A stretch of 64,000 nucleotides of DNA from Myxococcales bacterium (lineage in GTDB: Bacteria; Myxococcota; Myxococcia; Myxococcales; JAKAPL01), in contig JAKAPL010000011.1 of the NCBI GenBank assembly GCA_021807105.1, positions 3,876-67,875 of the forward strand. Reading direction: 5' to 3'. The translations under genes and the position numbers were made by a program. The notes under the pieces were generated by a model. The model saw only the letters and a program-made list of their open reading frames with translations. It was not told the DNA's origin and did no database searches. Positions within the stretch are counted from its first letter, which is position 1. Each line of letters opens with the position of its first letter. Below are positions 1 to 8,682 of the stretch, one piece after another.

Positions 1-111
1 CCCGGCGTCGGCCAGGCAGGAGACGCTGCCCGCGGGAGCGGCCGGGGTGCTGCAAGCCACGACGAGGGCGGACAGAGCCAGAGAGACGATCGCCAGACGC
101 TTCGAGTTCAT
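1..111 (-). CDS. Partial CDS (first 37 codons; gene runs off the window start): secreted lipoprotein, paralog of the next Cys-rich lipoprotein
   Basis: ATG at 111-109 with GGAGG 5 nt upstream. Reverse translation is MNSKRLAIVSLALSALVVACSTPAAPAGSVSCLADAG, with a lipobox (VVAC). The block PAAPxGSVSCLADAG is shared with the N-terminus of the 139..3030 product. Confidence 0.6.
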   Translation of the reverse strand, partial: MNSKRLAIVSLALSALVVACSTPAAPAGSVSCLADAG

Positions 112-138
112 GAATACCTCCATTGCGAATCCGTGAGA

Positions 139-3030
139 CTAGTTGGGCCAGATGCCCACGAAGGTGAGACCCGGGCCGTTCTTCGTACCGTCCAGGGCCA
201 AGGGGAGCTGCGGATCGAAGGTCCCCTGGACGCTCGAGGCGGCCGCCGTGACCGAGAGGCGGATGCGTCCCAGACCGCCCGCGCCCCCGTGGCCGTGGCT
301 GTTCAGGCCGCACCCGCCGGCCGAGCAGCCGTCGCCCCCGCCGTTCCCGCCGGCCGCCGAAACCGTGGCGCCCTGGGCGACGGTCAGCGCGGGCGCCGCC
401 AGGTAGATCACGCCGCCCGACCCGCCGCCTCCGCCGCCGCCGCTGTCATCGCCGTCATCGTCGGTCGCCCGGCCACCCATGCCGCCGTTGCCGCCATTTG
501 CCAGGATCCTGCCCGTCGCGGTGATCGTGATGGCGACCGGCGAGGAGATGCGCAGGGCGCCTCCCCCTCCTCCTCCTCCCCCGCCTCCTCCGGAGGGATC
601 CTCTCCGTTCGAGTCACCCCCGCCCCCGCCCCCACCCCCACCCGAGCCGGGATAGAAGGTCGTGGCAACCGAGAGATCGGCGGCCGCAGCGGCGCCGATG
701 CTGCCCCCGCCTCCGCTGTCATCCATGGTGCCGCCGCCCGAGGGGCTGAGGATGGCGGGAAGTCCGTCGTAGGGTGCACCTCCGCCGCTGCCTCCCTGCG
801 CGGCGTTGTTGCATGCCGGCGCCGCAGCCCCGCCGGGTCCCCCCCCCTTCGCCCCGCTCTGGACGCAAGGATCGTTGCCACCCGGCCCGCCCGCCCCGCC
901 AGCGTATCCACCGCCGCCGGCGCCGGAGCCCGTGTCGTAGTCCTGCCCCTTGTCGCTCCCCCCGCCCGCGCCGCCGCCCGGACCCGCCGCGCCGCCCAGG
1001 GGGCCATTACCGTTCCCGCCGAGGAGCGAGCTATCCGGGCCGTTGCCGCAGCCGGACTTCGCTTGCGCGCCCGTTCCGCCGAAGAAACCGCCATCCGCGC
1101 CGATCGTGGTCGGCATCCCGGTCATTCCCCCGCCGGCTCCGCCGTTGTCCGCCACGCCGGCCGAACCGCCGGCGGCTCCCGAGAGGTCGATCGTCCCGGC
1201 GATCGTCACCGCCCCCGTCGCCCGCAGGTCCAGCACGGAGGAAGGGCCGCAAGCCCCGGGCGTCTGCGGCGGCAAGGTCACCGTGACGTTCGCCGGGATC
1301 GTAATGGTCGTGAAGTTGTGGATCCCCGGGGTGAGCGTGGTGTCGGTCGTCGGAGCGAACGCTCCCTCGCTGCCTTGAGGCGTGCATGCCCCGGATGCAC
1401 AAACCTGACCCGCCGGGCAAGAGATCGAGCAGTCGCCGCAGTGCGCGGGATCGCTCTGGAAGTTCGTACAGATCTCAGAGGAGCCGGCCGGACAGGTATC
1501 CGGCGTCGCTCCCGAGCAGGCGCAGTTCGCGGCGACGCAGAGTTGGCCCGTCAGGCATTGCTTCCCGCAGCCCCCGCAGTTCTGCTCGTCGCTCGAGAAG
1601 TCGGCGCAGTACGTCCCGCCGTCCCCCGCGCAGACCGTGTAGCCGTCGCTGCACCCACTGGCACACTCGCCGGCCTGGCATACCTGGAGCGGCCCGCAGG
1701 CCGTGCCCCCGTCGCCGGCGCAGCCGCCGCAGTTCCCCGGGTCGGTCAGGGGGTTGGTGCAGAGGCCGTTGCAGAAGACCTCGGCTCCGAGGCACGTCGT
1801 GGCGCAGGCGCCGCCCGTGCACACCTGGCCTGCCGGGCAGGCCGTGCCCCCGTCGCCGGCGCAGCCGCCGCAGTTCTCCGGGTCGGTCAGGGTGTTGGTG
1901 CAGAGATCGTTGCAGAGGGTCTCGGTTCCAAGGCACGTCGTGGCGCAGGCGCCGCCCGTGCAGACCTGGCCTGCCGGGCAGGCCGTGCCCCCGTCGCCGG
2001 CGCAGCCGCCGCAGTTCTCCGGGTCGGTCAGGGTGTTGGTGCAGAGACCGTTGCAGAGGAGCTCGTTTCCAAGGCACGTCGTGGCGCAGGCGCCGCCCGT
2101 GCAGACCTGGCCTGCCGGGCACGCCGTGCCCCCGTCGCCGGCGCAGCCGCCGCAGTTCCCCCGGTCGGTCAGGGTGTTGGTGCAGAGACCGTTGCAGAGG
2201 GTCTCTGCGCCCAGACAGCTCGCTGCGCACTTTCCTGCCCCGTTGCACAGTTCTCCCGGAGCGCATTTCGCGCCGCAGGCGCCGCAGTTGTTCACGTCGT
2301 CATGGAGGTTCGCGCAGTATGTCGGCCCGCCGTCCACGCCGCCGTCGAGCGCTCCCCCGCAAGCCGTGAAGCCGGCCGCGCAGGATTCCACGCACGTGCC
2401 CGCGACGCACGCCATACCCGGCTTGCAGGCGACATTGCAGCCGCCGCAGTTGTCCGGGTCCGCGTCGAAGTTCGCGCAGTAGAGCACGCTGCCCTCGAAC
2501 TTGCAGGGTTCGGTCCCCTTCGCGCAGCTCGCCGAACACTGGCCTGCGGAACAGACCTCCCCGGCCGGACACGTGGTGCCACACTTGCCGCAGTTCGCGA
2601 GGTCCGTCTGCAGGTTGACGCACAGGGAGCCGCACTTCGTGCTTCCCGCGGGACAGGTCACCGCGCAGCTCCCGGCGGTGCAAACTTCCCCCGGCGCGCA
2701 GGCATTGCCGCACTTGCCGCAGTTGACGGCGTCCGTCTGCAAGCTCACGCAAACCGTGCCGCAAGCGGTGCTGCCGGTCGGGCACGTGGTGGTGCAGGAA
2801 CCGGCCACGCAGCTCTGGCCCGTGGCGCAGGCGCTGCTGCACTTGCCGCAGTTCACGCTGTCCGTCTTCAGATTGACGCACACCGACGTGGCTCCAGGGC
2901 TGCTGCAGATCGTCATCCCCGCGTCGGCCAGGCATGAGACGCTGCCCCCGGGGGCGGCCGGCGAGCTGCACGCCGCAGCGAGACCGGTCAGGGTCAGGAA
3001 GAAACCGCGCGACATGGGCCCCAATCTCAT
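139..3030 (-). CDS. Secreted lipoprotein: myxobacterial-type cysteine-rich tandem repeats (N-terminal half) plus a glycine-rich, probably beta-solenoid C-terminal half
   Basis: 963-aa ORF with AAGGAG 7 nt upstream of ATG 3030. Signal/lipobox is MRLGPMSRGFFLTLTGLAAAC. Modules such as LCTNTLTDPENCGGCAGDGGTACPAGQVCTGGACATTC are repeated. The C-terminal ~430 aa is Gly-rich with G11 runs and repeated segments like ITITATGRILANGGNGG. Overlapping ORFs (133..2937 +, 1386..2369 +) are Arg/Pro-rich shadows. Confidence 0.8.
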   Translation of the reverse strand: MRLGPMSRGFFLTLTGLAAACSSPAAPGGSVSCLADAGMTICSSPGATSVCVNLKTDSVNCGKCSSACATGQSCVAGSCTTTCPTGSTACGTVCVSLQTDAVNCGKCGNACAPGEVCTAGSCAVTCPAGSTKCGSLCVNLQTDLANCGKCGTTCPAGEVCSAGQCSASCAKGTEPCKFEGSVLYCANFDADPDNCGGCNVACKPGMACVAGTCVESCAAGFTACGGALDGGVDGGPTYCANLHDDVNNCGACGAKCAPGELCNGAGKCAASCLGAETLCNGLCTNTLTDRGNCGGCAGDGGTACPAGQVCTGGACATTCLGNELLCNGLCTNTLTDPENCGGCAGDGGTACPAGQVCTGGACATTCLGTETLCNDLCTNTLTDPENCGGCAGDGGTACPAGQVCTGGACATTCLGAEVFCNGLCTNPLTDPGNCGGCAGDGGTACGPLQVCQAGECASGCSDGYTVCAGDGGTYCADFSSDEQNCGGCGKQCLTGQLCVAANCACSGATPDTCPAGSSEICTNFQSDPAHCGDCSISCPAGQVCASGACTPQGSEGAFAPTTDTTLTPGIHNFTTITIPANVTVTLPPQTPGACGPSSVLDLRATGAVTIAGTIDLSGAAGGSAGVADNGGAGGGMTGMPTTIGADGGFFGGTGAQAKSGCGNGPDSSLLGGNGNGPLGGAAGPGGGAGGGSDKGQDYDTGSGAGGGGYAGGAGGPGGNDPCVQSGAKGGGPGGAAAPACNNAAQGGSGGGAPYDGLPAILSPSGGGTMDDSGGGGSIGAAAAADLSVATTFYPGSGGGGGGGGGDSNGEDPSGGGGGGGGGGGALRISSPVAITITATGRILANGGNGGMGGRATDDDGDDSGGGGGGGSGGVIYLAAPALTVAQGATVSAAGGNGGGDGCSAGGCGLNSHGHGGAGGLGRIRLSVTAAASSVQGTFDPQLPLALDGTKNGPGLTFVGIWPN
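1660..2223. repeat. Four tandem copies of a 141-bp unit (47-aa Cys-rich module) inside the 139..3030 CDS
   Basis: Unit boundaries fall at 1660, 1801, 1942 and 2083. Copies 1801-1941 and 1942-2082 differ at about 5 of 141 positions by direct comparison. The first copy diverges in its first ~40 nt. Confidence 0.85.
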
Positions 3031-3126
3031 GACCGACTCCTTTTCGCGTCCGAATCGGACGTCCTCGGCAGACGAGGAGGCCGATCTGGGGCTTGGTGTA
3101 GTCGGTTATCGGGCGCGGCGCAAGAA

Positions 3127-4617
3127 CTACGCGCTGCGCGCACCCGCTGCCGGCTGGAGCAGGTGGAGGGCCGTCGCGAGTTGCGTCGCCCAGAGACGCC
3201 CCGCCAGCCGCTCGACCCCGTTGAACGGCAGGTTCCGGCTCGGCTCGCGCGTGAGCACCATCACGCCGACGCGGACGATCCCCGTGTCGAGGGGGAGGTT
3301 CAGCACGAATGCCGCCTTCTCCTGTGGCGTCCAGACGAGCGCGAGCCCCGGGGGAACGTCGCCGCGCTCCCACCGGCGCGTGCCTCCAGCGAGGCCGGGG
3401 CCGAGCGTCCACTCGATCCGGTCGATCTCGAGCAGTCCGCCCAGTTCGATCGCCTGCTGCCAGAGGGTGTCGGGGTCGGTCGCGAATCGGAGCGCGTGGA
3501 GCCGTTCGTCGATGGCTCGCGTCAGCCGCTCGATGTCCTCGCTGATCTGCCTGTGCCGCAGCTCCCCGAAGCGGTTGAACTCCGCGAAGCCGAGCGCGCG
3601 GACGGCGAAGACGATGCAGCCCACGATGAAGACCGCGACGCCGGCGGCGAGCCAGCGGCTCGCGAGCGCGATGGCGAGGGCCGCCCCGCTGAAGACCGCG
3701 GTGGCTCCATAGAGGACGAGGGTGGCGTTGCGGTGCGACAGGCCGAGGTCGAGCAGCCGGTGATGGACGTGCTTCCGATCGGCCGGGAACCAGGGCTGGC
3801 CGAGGATGATCCGGCGGATCACCCGCAGCACCGTGTCGCCGATTGGCAATCCCAGGGCGAGCAGGGGCCCCAGGATGGCCACGACGGCGGCGTTCTTCTC
3901 CCCGGCGCCGATCGCCGTGACCGCGAGGGCGAGCCCGAGGAACATGCTCCCCGTGTCGCCCATGTAGACGGTCGCCGGGTGGAAGTTGAAGAGGAGGAAG
4001 CCGAACGACGCGCCGGCGATCGACGCCGCGAAAGCGCCAGGCACGAAGTTCCGGTAGTGCAGGGCGAGGACGAACAGGGTCCCGGCCGCGATCATCGACG
4101 TGCCGGCGGCGAGGCCGTCGAGGCCGTCGGTGAAATTCAGGGCGTTGATGACGGCGAGCACCCAGAGCACGGTCAGAGGCAGCGCGAAAGGGCCCAGGGT
4201 CACGTGGCCGAGCAGCGGCAGGAAGAGGCCGTCGATCCGGAACCCGCCCCAGTAGACGAGGATGCCCGCGACGGCTTCGGTCGCGAAGCGGAGCTTCTGC
4301 GAGAGGCCGCGCACGTCGTCGAGCAGGCCGGCCGCGAGGATGAGGAGGGTCGCGAGGGCGAGGGCCGCGATCCTTCGGCCGTCGGCGAAGACGAGGACGG
4401 AGAGGTCGTTGCGATAGAAATAGAGCCCCACGAAGGGAGCCGTGGCACCCAACAGGATGGCGAGCCCGCCGAGCCGCGGCACGGGCTGCGAGTGGATCTT
4501 GCGCGCCTCGGTCGGCCGGTCGAGGACGCCGAGCCGCCGGGCGAGCGCGCGCATGAGCGGCGTCAGGATCGTCGAGACCAGCGCGGCGACGACGAAGGCG
4601 ACGAACCCCGTCCTCAT
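3127..4617 (-). CDS. Polyprenyl-phosphate HexNAc-1-phosphate transferase (WecA/MraY family) with a ~150-aa C-terminal soluble extension
   Basis: Polytopic N-terminal ~340 aa carries family motifs: LLDDVRGL, NALNFTDGLDGLAAG, VYMGDTGSMFLG. Its ATG overlaps the stop of the upstream glycosyltransferase gene by 4 nt (ATGA at 4614-4617). The C-terminal region (from ...FNRFGELRHRQISEDIERL...) is non-membrane and not recognisable to me. Confidence 0.8.
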   Translation of the reverse strand: MRTGFVAFVVAALVSTILTPLMRALARRLGVLDRPTEARKIHSQPVPRLGGLAILLGATAPFVGLYFYRNDLSVLVFADGRRIAALALATLLILAAGLLDDVRGLSQKLRFATEAVAGILVYWGGFRIDGLFLPLLGHVTLGPFALPLTVLWVLAVINALNFTDGLDGLAAGTSMIAAGTLFVLALHYRNFVPGAFAASIAGASFGFLLFNFHPATVYMGDTGSMFLGLALAVTAIGAGEKNAAVVAILGPLLALGLPIGDTVLRVIRRIILGQPWFPADRKHVHHRLLDLGLSHRNATLVLYGATAVFSGAALAIALASRWLAAGVAVFIVGCIVFAVRALGFAEFNRFGELRHRQISEDIERLTRAIDERLHALRFATDPDTLWQQAIELGGLLEIDRIEWTLGPGLAGGTRRWERGDVPPGLALVWTPQEKAAFVLNLPLDTGIVRVGVMVLTREPSRNLPFNGVERLAGRLWATQLATALHLLQPAAGARSA

Positions 4618-5846
4618 GCGGCGGCGACCTCCCCCAGGATGGCGGCGTATCGTTGCGCGAGCACGCGGCGCGAGTATTGGGCCTCCGCGGCCCTTCGCGC
4701 GGCGCGGCCGAGCTCGCTGACCTGCTCCGGCCGCGACGAGAGCTCCCGCACCGCGGCGGCGAGCGCGGCCCCGTCCTCCGGTTCGACCACGACGCCCGCC
4801 CCGGCTTCTCGGACGATCTCGGCCCCCTCGCCGGCGAGCGAGGCCACGACCGGACGGCCGCAGCCCATGATCTCAAAGAGCTTCGACGGCACGAAGTTCT
4901 CTGCGAGGAAGGGGTCCCTGCGCAGCGCGATCAGGCAGGCGTCGCAGGCGGAGTAGTAGCCGGGGATCTCGTCCCGTGGCCGTCCGGGCACGAAGACGAC
5001 GTTCGGGAGACGGCGCTTCGCGGCGCTGGCGAGGAGCTTCTCGCGCTCGTGACCGTGCCCCACGAACAAGAACCGGATCCCATCGTCGTCCCGCAGCCGG
5101 TCGGCGGCGTCGAGCACGCTCGAAAGCCCGTGAAGGAGACCGTGGGTGCCGATGTAGCCGAGGACGAAGCGCCCATCGAGCCCGTGCCTCGCCCGGATCT
5201 CCGCCCGGGCTCCCGCGTCCTCGCGGAAGGTCTCGAGGTCGACGCCGTTGCGGATCACGTCGATCTTGCCCGCCGGGACGCCGCGTCCGGCGAGGATCTC
5301 TTTGAAGCGTCGCGTGACCACCACGACTCTTCGTGCTTGGCGGTACTGAAAGAGTTCAGCCGCCTCCAGGACCCGGATGAGGGCACGGTTCCTGACGAGC
5401 CCCATCTCGATGAAGAGCTGCGGCCAGAGGTCGCGGACCTCGAAGACGAAGGGCGCCCGGAGGACCCTCGCGTAGGCGAGGCCGCTGACGGAGGTGAAGA
5501 TGGACGGGCTCGTCGCGAGCACCACGTCCGGCCTGCGAACCCGCGGCAGGCCGAGACCGATGACCGACAGCGGGAAGGAGAGCTGGGTCGCGACCCGCAG
5601 CGGCAGCGCGCGGTTCGGGACGGCGAGGGTCCAGTTGCGCAGGACTTCGATCCCGTCGATCATCTCGCGGTCCACGAGGCGGCCGCGGTACTCGGGCGGC
5701 ACAATCCCCGTCGGGTGGTTGGGGAAGGCCGTGACGACCTGCACGCGGTGGCCGAGCCGCACCCATTCGCGCGAAAGCTCGTGAACGCGCGCGGCCGGCG
5801 CGCCGATCTCGGGCGGGAAGTACTGGCTCAGATAGAGGATGTCCAT
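4614..5846 (-). CDS. GT-B fold glycosyltransferase (family 4, WbuB-like)
   Basis: 410 aa. The N-terminus MDILYLSQYFPPEIGAPAARVHEL is typical of GT4 enzymes. The C-terminal half has the usual sugar-donor region (...PSKLFEIMGCGRPVVAS...). It is translationally coupled to the WecA-like gene. Confidence 0.8.
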   Translation of the reverse strand: MDILYLSQYFPPEIGAPAARVHELSREWVRLGHRVQVVTAFPNHPTGIVPPEYRGRLVDREMIDGIEVLRNWTLAVPNRALPLRVATQLSFPLSVIGLGLPRVRRPDVVLATSPSIFTSVSGLAYARVLRAPFVFEVRDLWPQLFIEMGLVRNRALIRVLEAAELFQYRQARRVVVVTRRFKEILAGRGVPAGKIDVIRNGVDLETFREDAGARAEIRARHGLDGRFVLGYIGTHGLLHGLSSVLDAADRLRDDDGIRFLFVGHGHEREKLLASAAKRRLPNVVFVPGRPRDEIPGYYSACDACLIALRRDPFLAENFVPSKLFEIMGCGRPVVASLAGEGAEIVREAGAGVVVEPEDGAALAAAVRELSSRPEQVSELGRAARRAAEAQYSRRVLAQRYAAILGEVAAA

Positions 5847-6050
5847 AACCCCGGCATCACTCTACAACGCGGTCGGGAAAGACGGAAACCGTGACGTCGA
5901 GCCCGCCCGCCACCGCCAAGGGGGCCGCTGGACGATGGGGTTCTCGCAAAGCGAATCGTCCTGGAGCGGCGGCTGCGCCGCGGGCGAGACGTTGATCGTG
6001 GCGGGGTCTGCGAGTAAGAGGTAGCGGGTACCCTCGACAGGAGAGCAAAG

Positions 6051-6698
6051 ATGAAGTTTTTCATCGACACCGCGGACGTCGACGAGATCAAGCGCGCCCA
6101 CGCGATGGGCATGGTCGACGGGGTCACCACGAACCCCTCGCTCGTCGCCAAGACCGGCCGGCCTTTCGCCGACGTGCTGCGCGAGATCCTCGCGGTCGTC
6201 GAGGGCCCGGTCTCGGCCGAAGTCATCGCCACCGACGCCGACGGGATGGTGAAGGAGGGGCGCGAGCTCGCCCGCATCCACGACAACGTGGTGATCAAGA
6301 TCCCGATGACCACCGACGGGTTGCGCGCGTGCCGCCAGCTCACCGCGGAGGGCGCCCGCACGAACGTGACCCTCGTGTTCTCCCCGACCCAGGCGCTGCT
6401 CGCCGCCAAGGCCGGCGCGACCTACGTCTCACCGTTCGTGGGCCGTCTCGACGACATCGGCGAGGACGGAATGGGTGTCGTCGCCCAGATCCTTGCGATT
6501 TACGGCCACTACGAGTTCGACACCCAGGTCCTCGTCGCGAGCGTGCGCAGCCCGCTCCACGTGCTGACGGCCGCTCGCCTGGGGGCTCATGTGGCCACGA
6601 TCCCGTTCGCGGTGATCGAGCAGCTCGCTCGCCACCCGCTCACCGACGTGGGCCTGCGCAAGTTCCTGGCGGACTGGGAGAAAATGCCGAAGCACTAG
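6051..6698 (+). CDS. tal: Transaldolase / fructose-6-phosphate aldolase (short type 3B, TalC/MipB family)
   Basis: 215 aa with [26 protein letters not shown]...[13 protein letters not shown]...IKIPMT...TNVTLVFS...[15 protein letters not shown] aligns along its whole length with short transaldolases such as B. subtilis YwjH. Confidence 0.9.
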   Translation: MKFFIDTADVDEIKRAHAMGMVDGVTTNPSLVAKTGRPFADVLREILAVVEGPVSAEVIATDADGMVKEGRELARIHDNVVIKIPMTTDGLRACRQLTAEGARTNVTLVFSPTQALLAAKAGATYVSPFVGRLDDIGEDGMGVVAQILAIYGHYEFDTQVLVASVRSPLHVLTAARLGAHVATIPFAVIEQLARHPLTDVGLRKFLADWEKMPKH

Positions 6699-6856
6699 GA
6701 GGCTGGTGTGAAATGGGTGCCGTCGCGAGAGCGCCGAGACCTAAGCCCGTCTTATTCACGGTCCGGCTGCTGCGGCGTCCGATCCCGCGCCTGCGAAGGG
6801 CGAGCGAGAGCGACGGCCGACGAGGCGGGCGACAAGCCCTTCGCGCGCTGAAAGTG
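6695..6856. repeat. Composite intergenic repeat: one terminal repeat of the CTAGGAGGCTSGTGTGAAATGGGTGCC element, followed by one arm of the CCCGTCTTATTCACGG repeat family
   Basis: 6695-6721 matches 59481-59507 at 26 of 27 nt and contains the tal stop codon. 6745-6799 is near-identical to 52767-52822. 6796-6830 (GAAGGGCGAGCGAGAGCGACGGCCGACGAGGCG) resembles the reverse complement of 52930-52963. Confidence 0.7.
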
Positions 6857-6885
6857 CCATCGCATGCGTCGTCTGACGCAGCCGA

Positions 6886-7914
6886 TCAGCCGAGCCGGGA
6901 GCGGGACCAGCGCGCGGCCTGCGCGACCGCGGGGTCCGGATCCAGCGCGAGCATCTCGGCCGCGGCCTTCGCGGCCGCGCCACCTTCCCGAGCGAGGCCG
7001 AGCGCCGCATTCCGCCGCAGGCCCGAGTAGCCCGGCCGGGAGAGCGGGCTGCCCGCGGCGAGCGCGGCGTGCAGTCCGGGGGGGAGGAGCGCGATCTCGG
7101 AGCAGCGCAGGGAGACGAGCGGCCCGGGGCGGAAGTCGGCCAGGCGCGAGGGCCGAGCGTCCCGGTTCCAGGGGCAGACCTCCTGGCACAGGTCACAGCC
7201 GAACGTCCACTCGGCGCACGCGGTCGAGAGCGCCTCGGGGATCGGAGCCCGCGTCTCGATGGTCCAGTAAGAGAGACAGCGACGGCCATCGACGTGGCCG
7301 CTGCCGAGCAGCGCGCCGGTCGGGCACGCGGGCAGACACGCTTCGCAGCTCCCGCAGCGCGGCACGACCGGCGGATCCGGCGCGATCTCCGCGTCGGTGA
7401 TGATCGTCCCGAGCAACACCCACGATCCGAACGGCGGCGCGATGAGCAGGCCATTCTTGCCGATCCAGCCGAGGCCCGCGCGCTCCGCCCATACCTTCTC
7501 CATGACCGGGCTCGTGTCGACCGACGGGTGGGCGCGCGCGCCAGGCACGAGGTCGAGCAGCCGGCGCCGGAGCTTGCGGACCCGCCGCCGCAGGAAGAGG
7601 TGGTAGTCGCGCCCGCGCGCATACCGGGCGACGCGGCGCAGCCCCTCGCCGGCCGCGCCGCCCTCGTCCTCGGGGCGGAAGTAGGAGACGGCGAGGGCGA
7701 TGACCGACCGGGCTCCAAGGACGATACGCCGTGGATCGAGCCGCTCGGCGACCCGCCGGCGCATGTAAGCCATCCCGGCTTCCTGGCCGGCGGTGAGCCA
7801 GGCGGGAAGGCCCCCGTCGTCGATCGAGCCCGCCCGCGCCACGCCGCAGAGATCGAAGCCCAGCTCAGCGGCGAGCTGCTTGACGCTGGCGGCTCGTGCT
7901 TCCGGGGAGATCAC
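6886..7914 (-). CDS. queG: Epoxyqueuosine reductase
   Basis: Two ferredoxin-type Cys clusters (CGSCEACLPACPTGAL, CDLCQEVCPWN) and CLSYWTIE. The ORF-track start at 8127 would overlap the next gene. GTG at 7914 gives VISPEARAASVKQLAAELGFDLCGVA, which lines up with QueG N-termini. The start is therefore uncertain. Confidence 0.8.
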   Translation of the reverse strand: MISPEARAASVKQLAAELGFDLCGVARAGSIDDGGLPAWLTAGQEAGMAYMRRRVAERLDPRRIVLGARSVIALAVSYFRPEDEGGAAGEGLRRVARYARGRDYHLFLRRRVRKLRRRLLDLVPGARAHPSVDTSPVMEKVWAERAGLGWIGKNGLLIAPPFGSWVLLGTIITDAEIAPDPPVVPRCGSCEACLPACPTGALLGSGHVDGRRCLSYWTIETRAPIPEALSTACAEWTFGCDLCQEVCPWNRDARPSRLADFRPGPLVSLRCSEIALLPPGLHAALAAGSPLSRPGYSGLRRNAALGLAREGGAAAKAAAEMLALDPDPAVAQAARWSRSRLG

Positions 7915-7967
7915 GCGGCCCCGCAGAACGTCTGAAGGAATCCCCGGACCGAGCCCAGCCGTCGCGA

Positions 7968-8336
7968 TCAGGGCTTGGGACCAGGGCAGGCGAGCGCGCG
8001 CCGCTTGCGATAGAGGGGCACGAGCACGGGGTCGGTCTCGGGCGCTTCGCCGTTCGGCCCCACGGAAAGCTCGGACACGTCGCGCGAGAGATCTTCCTGC
8101 GCCTGTTTTTGCCCGGGGAGCTTGCAATCGGGGTCGCGCCGGTGGGCTTCGCAGTACGGGGAGAAGGTCGGGTCGGTGGGGTAGAGCAGCCTCTCCTTCT
8201 CACGGATGGCGAGGAAGCGCTTCCGCCCGGTGATGCGCTTGTCGATCCGGACGCACGCCGCCACGGTCGCGGGGTCGAGGGCGCGCGGGGCGGCGAGGAG
8301 GACGAGGAGGAGGAGCGAACCGGCGAGGAGCGGCAC
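7968..8336 (-). CDS. Small secreted hypothetical protein
   Basis: Near-uniform G/C at third codon positions. GTG at 8336 gives MPLLAGSLLLLVLLAAPRALD (signal-like), followed by a Cys-containing ~100-aa region. No recognisable family. The start is uncertain. Confidence 0.45.
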   Translation of the reverse strand: MPLLAGSLLLLVLLAAPRALDPATVAACVRIDKRITGRKRFLAIREKERLLYPTDPTFSPYCEAHRRDPDCKLPGQKQAQEDLSRDVSELSVGPNGEAPETDPVLVPLYRKRRALACPGPKP

Positions 8337-8382
8337 CGGATCAGCATACCATCCGCGCGCGTCCGTGCTAAGAACGGAGATC

Positions 8383-8679
8383 GTGTTGCGGATCGCCGCG
8401 ATCGCCGTCGTCTGGGCCTGGACGGGCCTCGTCTCCTGCGACGACCCCGACCGAATCGCCGCGGCGGTGCGGACGGCGGCGGCCGAGCCGGACGCGACGG
8501 TCACCTGCCGGGAGCCGCGGCTCTGGAACTCGGAGATCAACTGGTCCTGTAAGGTCTACCTGCGCGGGGAGGAGCGCTGCTTCAAGGTCCACGAGCTGGG
8601 CGAGCAGCCATGGGAGACCCCCTGCGCGCGGACCGACGACAGCCGCGGCTTCCCCATGCCGGGCGGGTCCGGTCACTAA
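8383..8679 (+). CDS. Small hypothetical lipoprotein
   Basis: GTG at 8383 with GGAG 5 nt upstream. The N-terminus MLRIAAIAVVWAWTGLVSC carries a lipobox. Strong GC3 bias and four further Cys residues. An alternative GTG lies at 8365. Confidence 0.5.
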   Translation: MLRIAAIAVVWAWTGLVSCDDPDRIAAAVRTAAAEPDATVTCREPRLWNSEINWSCKVYLRGEERCFKVHELGEQPWETPCARTDDSRGFPMPGGSGH

Positions 8680-8682
8680 CCG

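Noticed and set aside
133-2937. 934-aa plus-strand ORF (and 1386..2369, 1703..2482, 774..1286 etc.) overlapping the Cys-rich lipoprotein gene
   Set aside because: The translations are Arg/Ala/Pro/Gly-rich and low in complexity, with no signal, motif or RBS. These are typical shadow ORFs of a high-GC gene on the opposite strand, and the minus-strand frame has clear domain structure.
2300-4876. 858-aa minus-strand ORF spanning three real genes; similar very long ORFs at 12164..14290 (-), 25011..27140 (-), 31649..34081 (-), 34127..36394 (+) and 37383..39329 (+)
   Set aside because: They cross the boundaries of genes with clear homology and are dominated by R/P/G/A/D/E. They lie in alternative frames or antisense to well-supported CDS.
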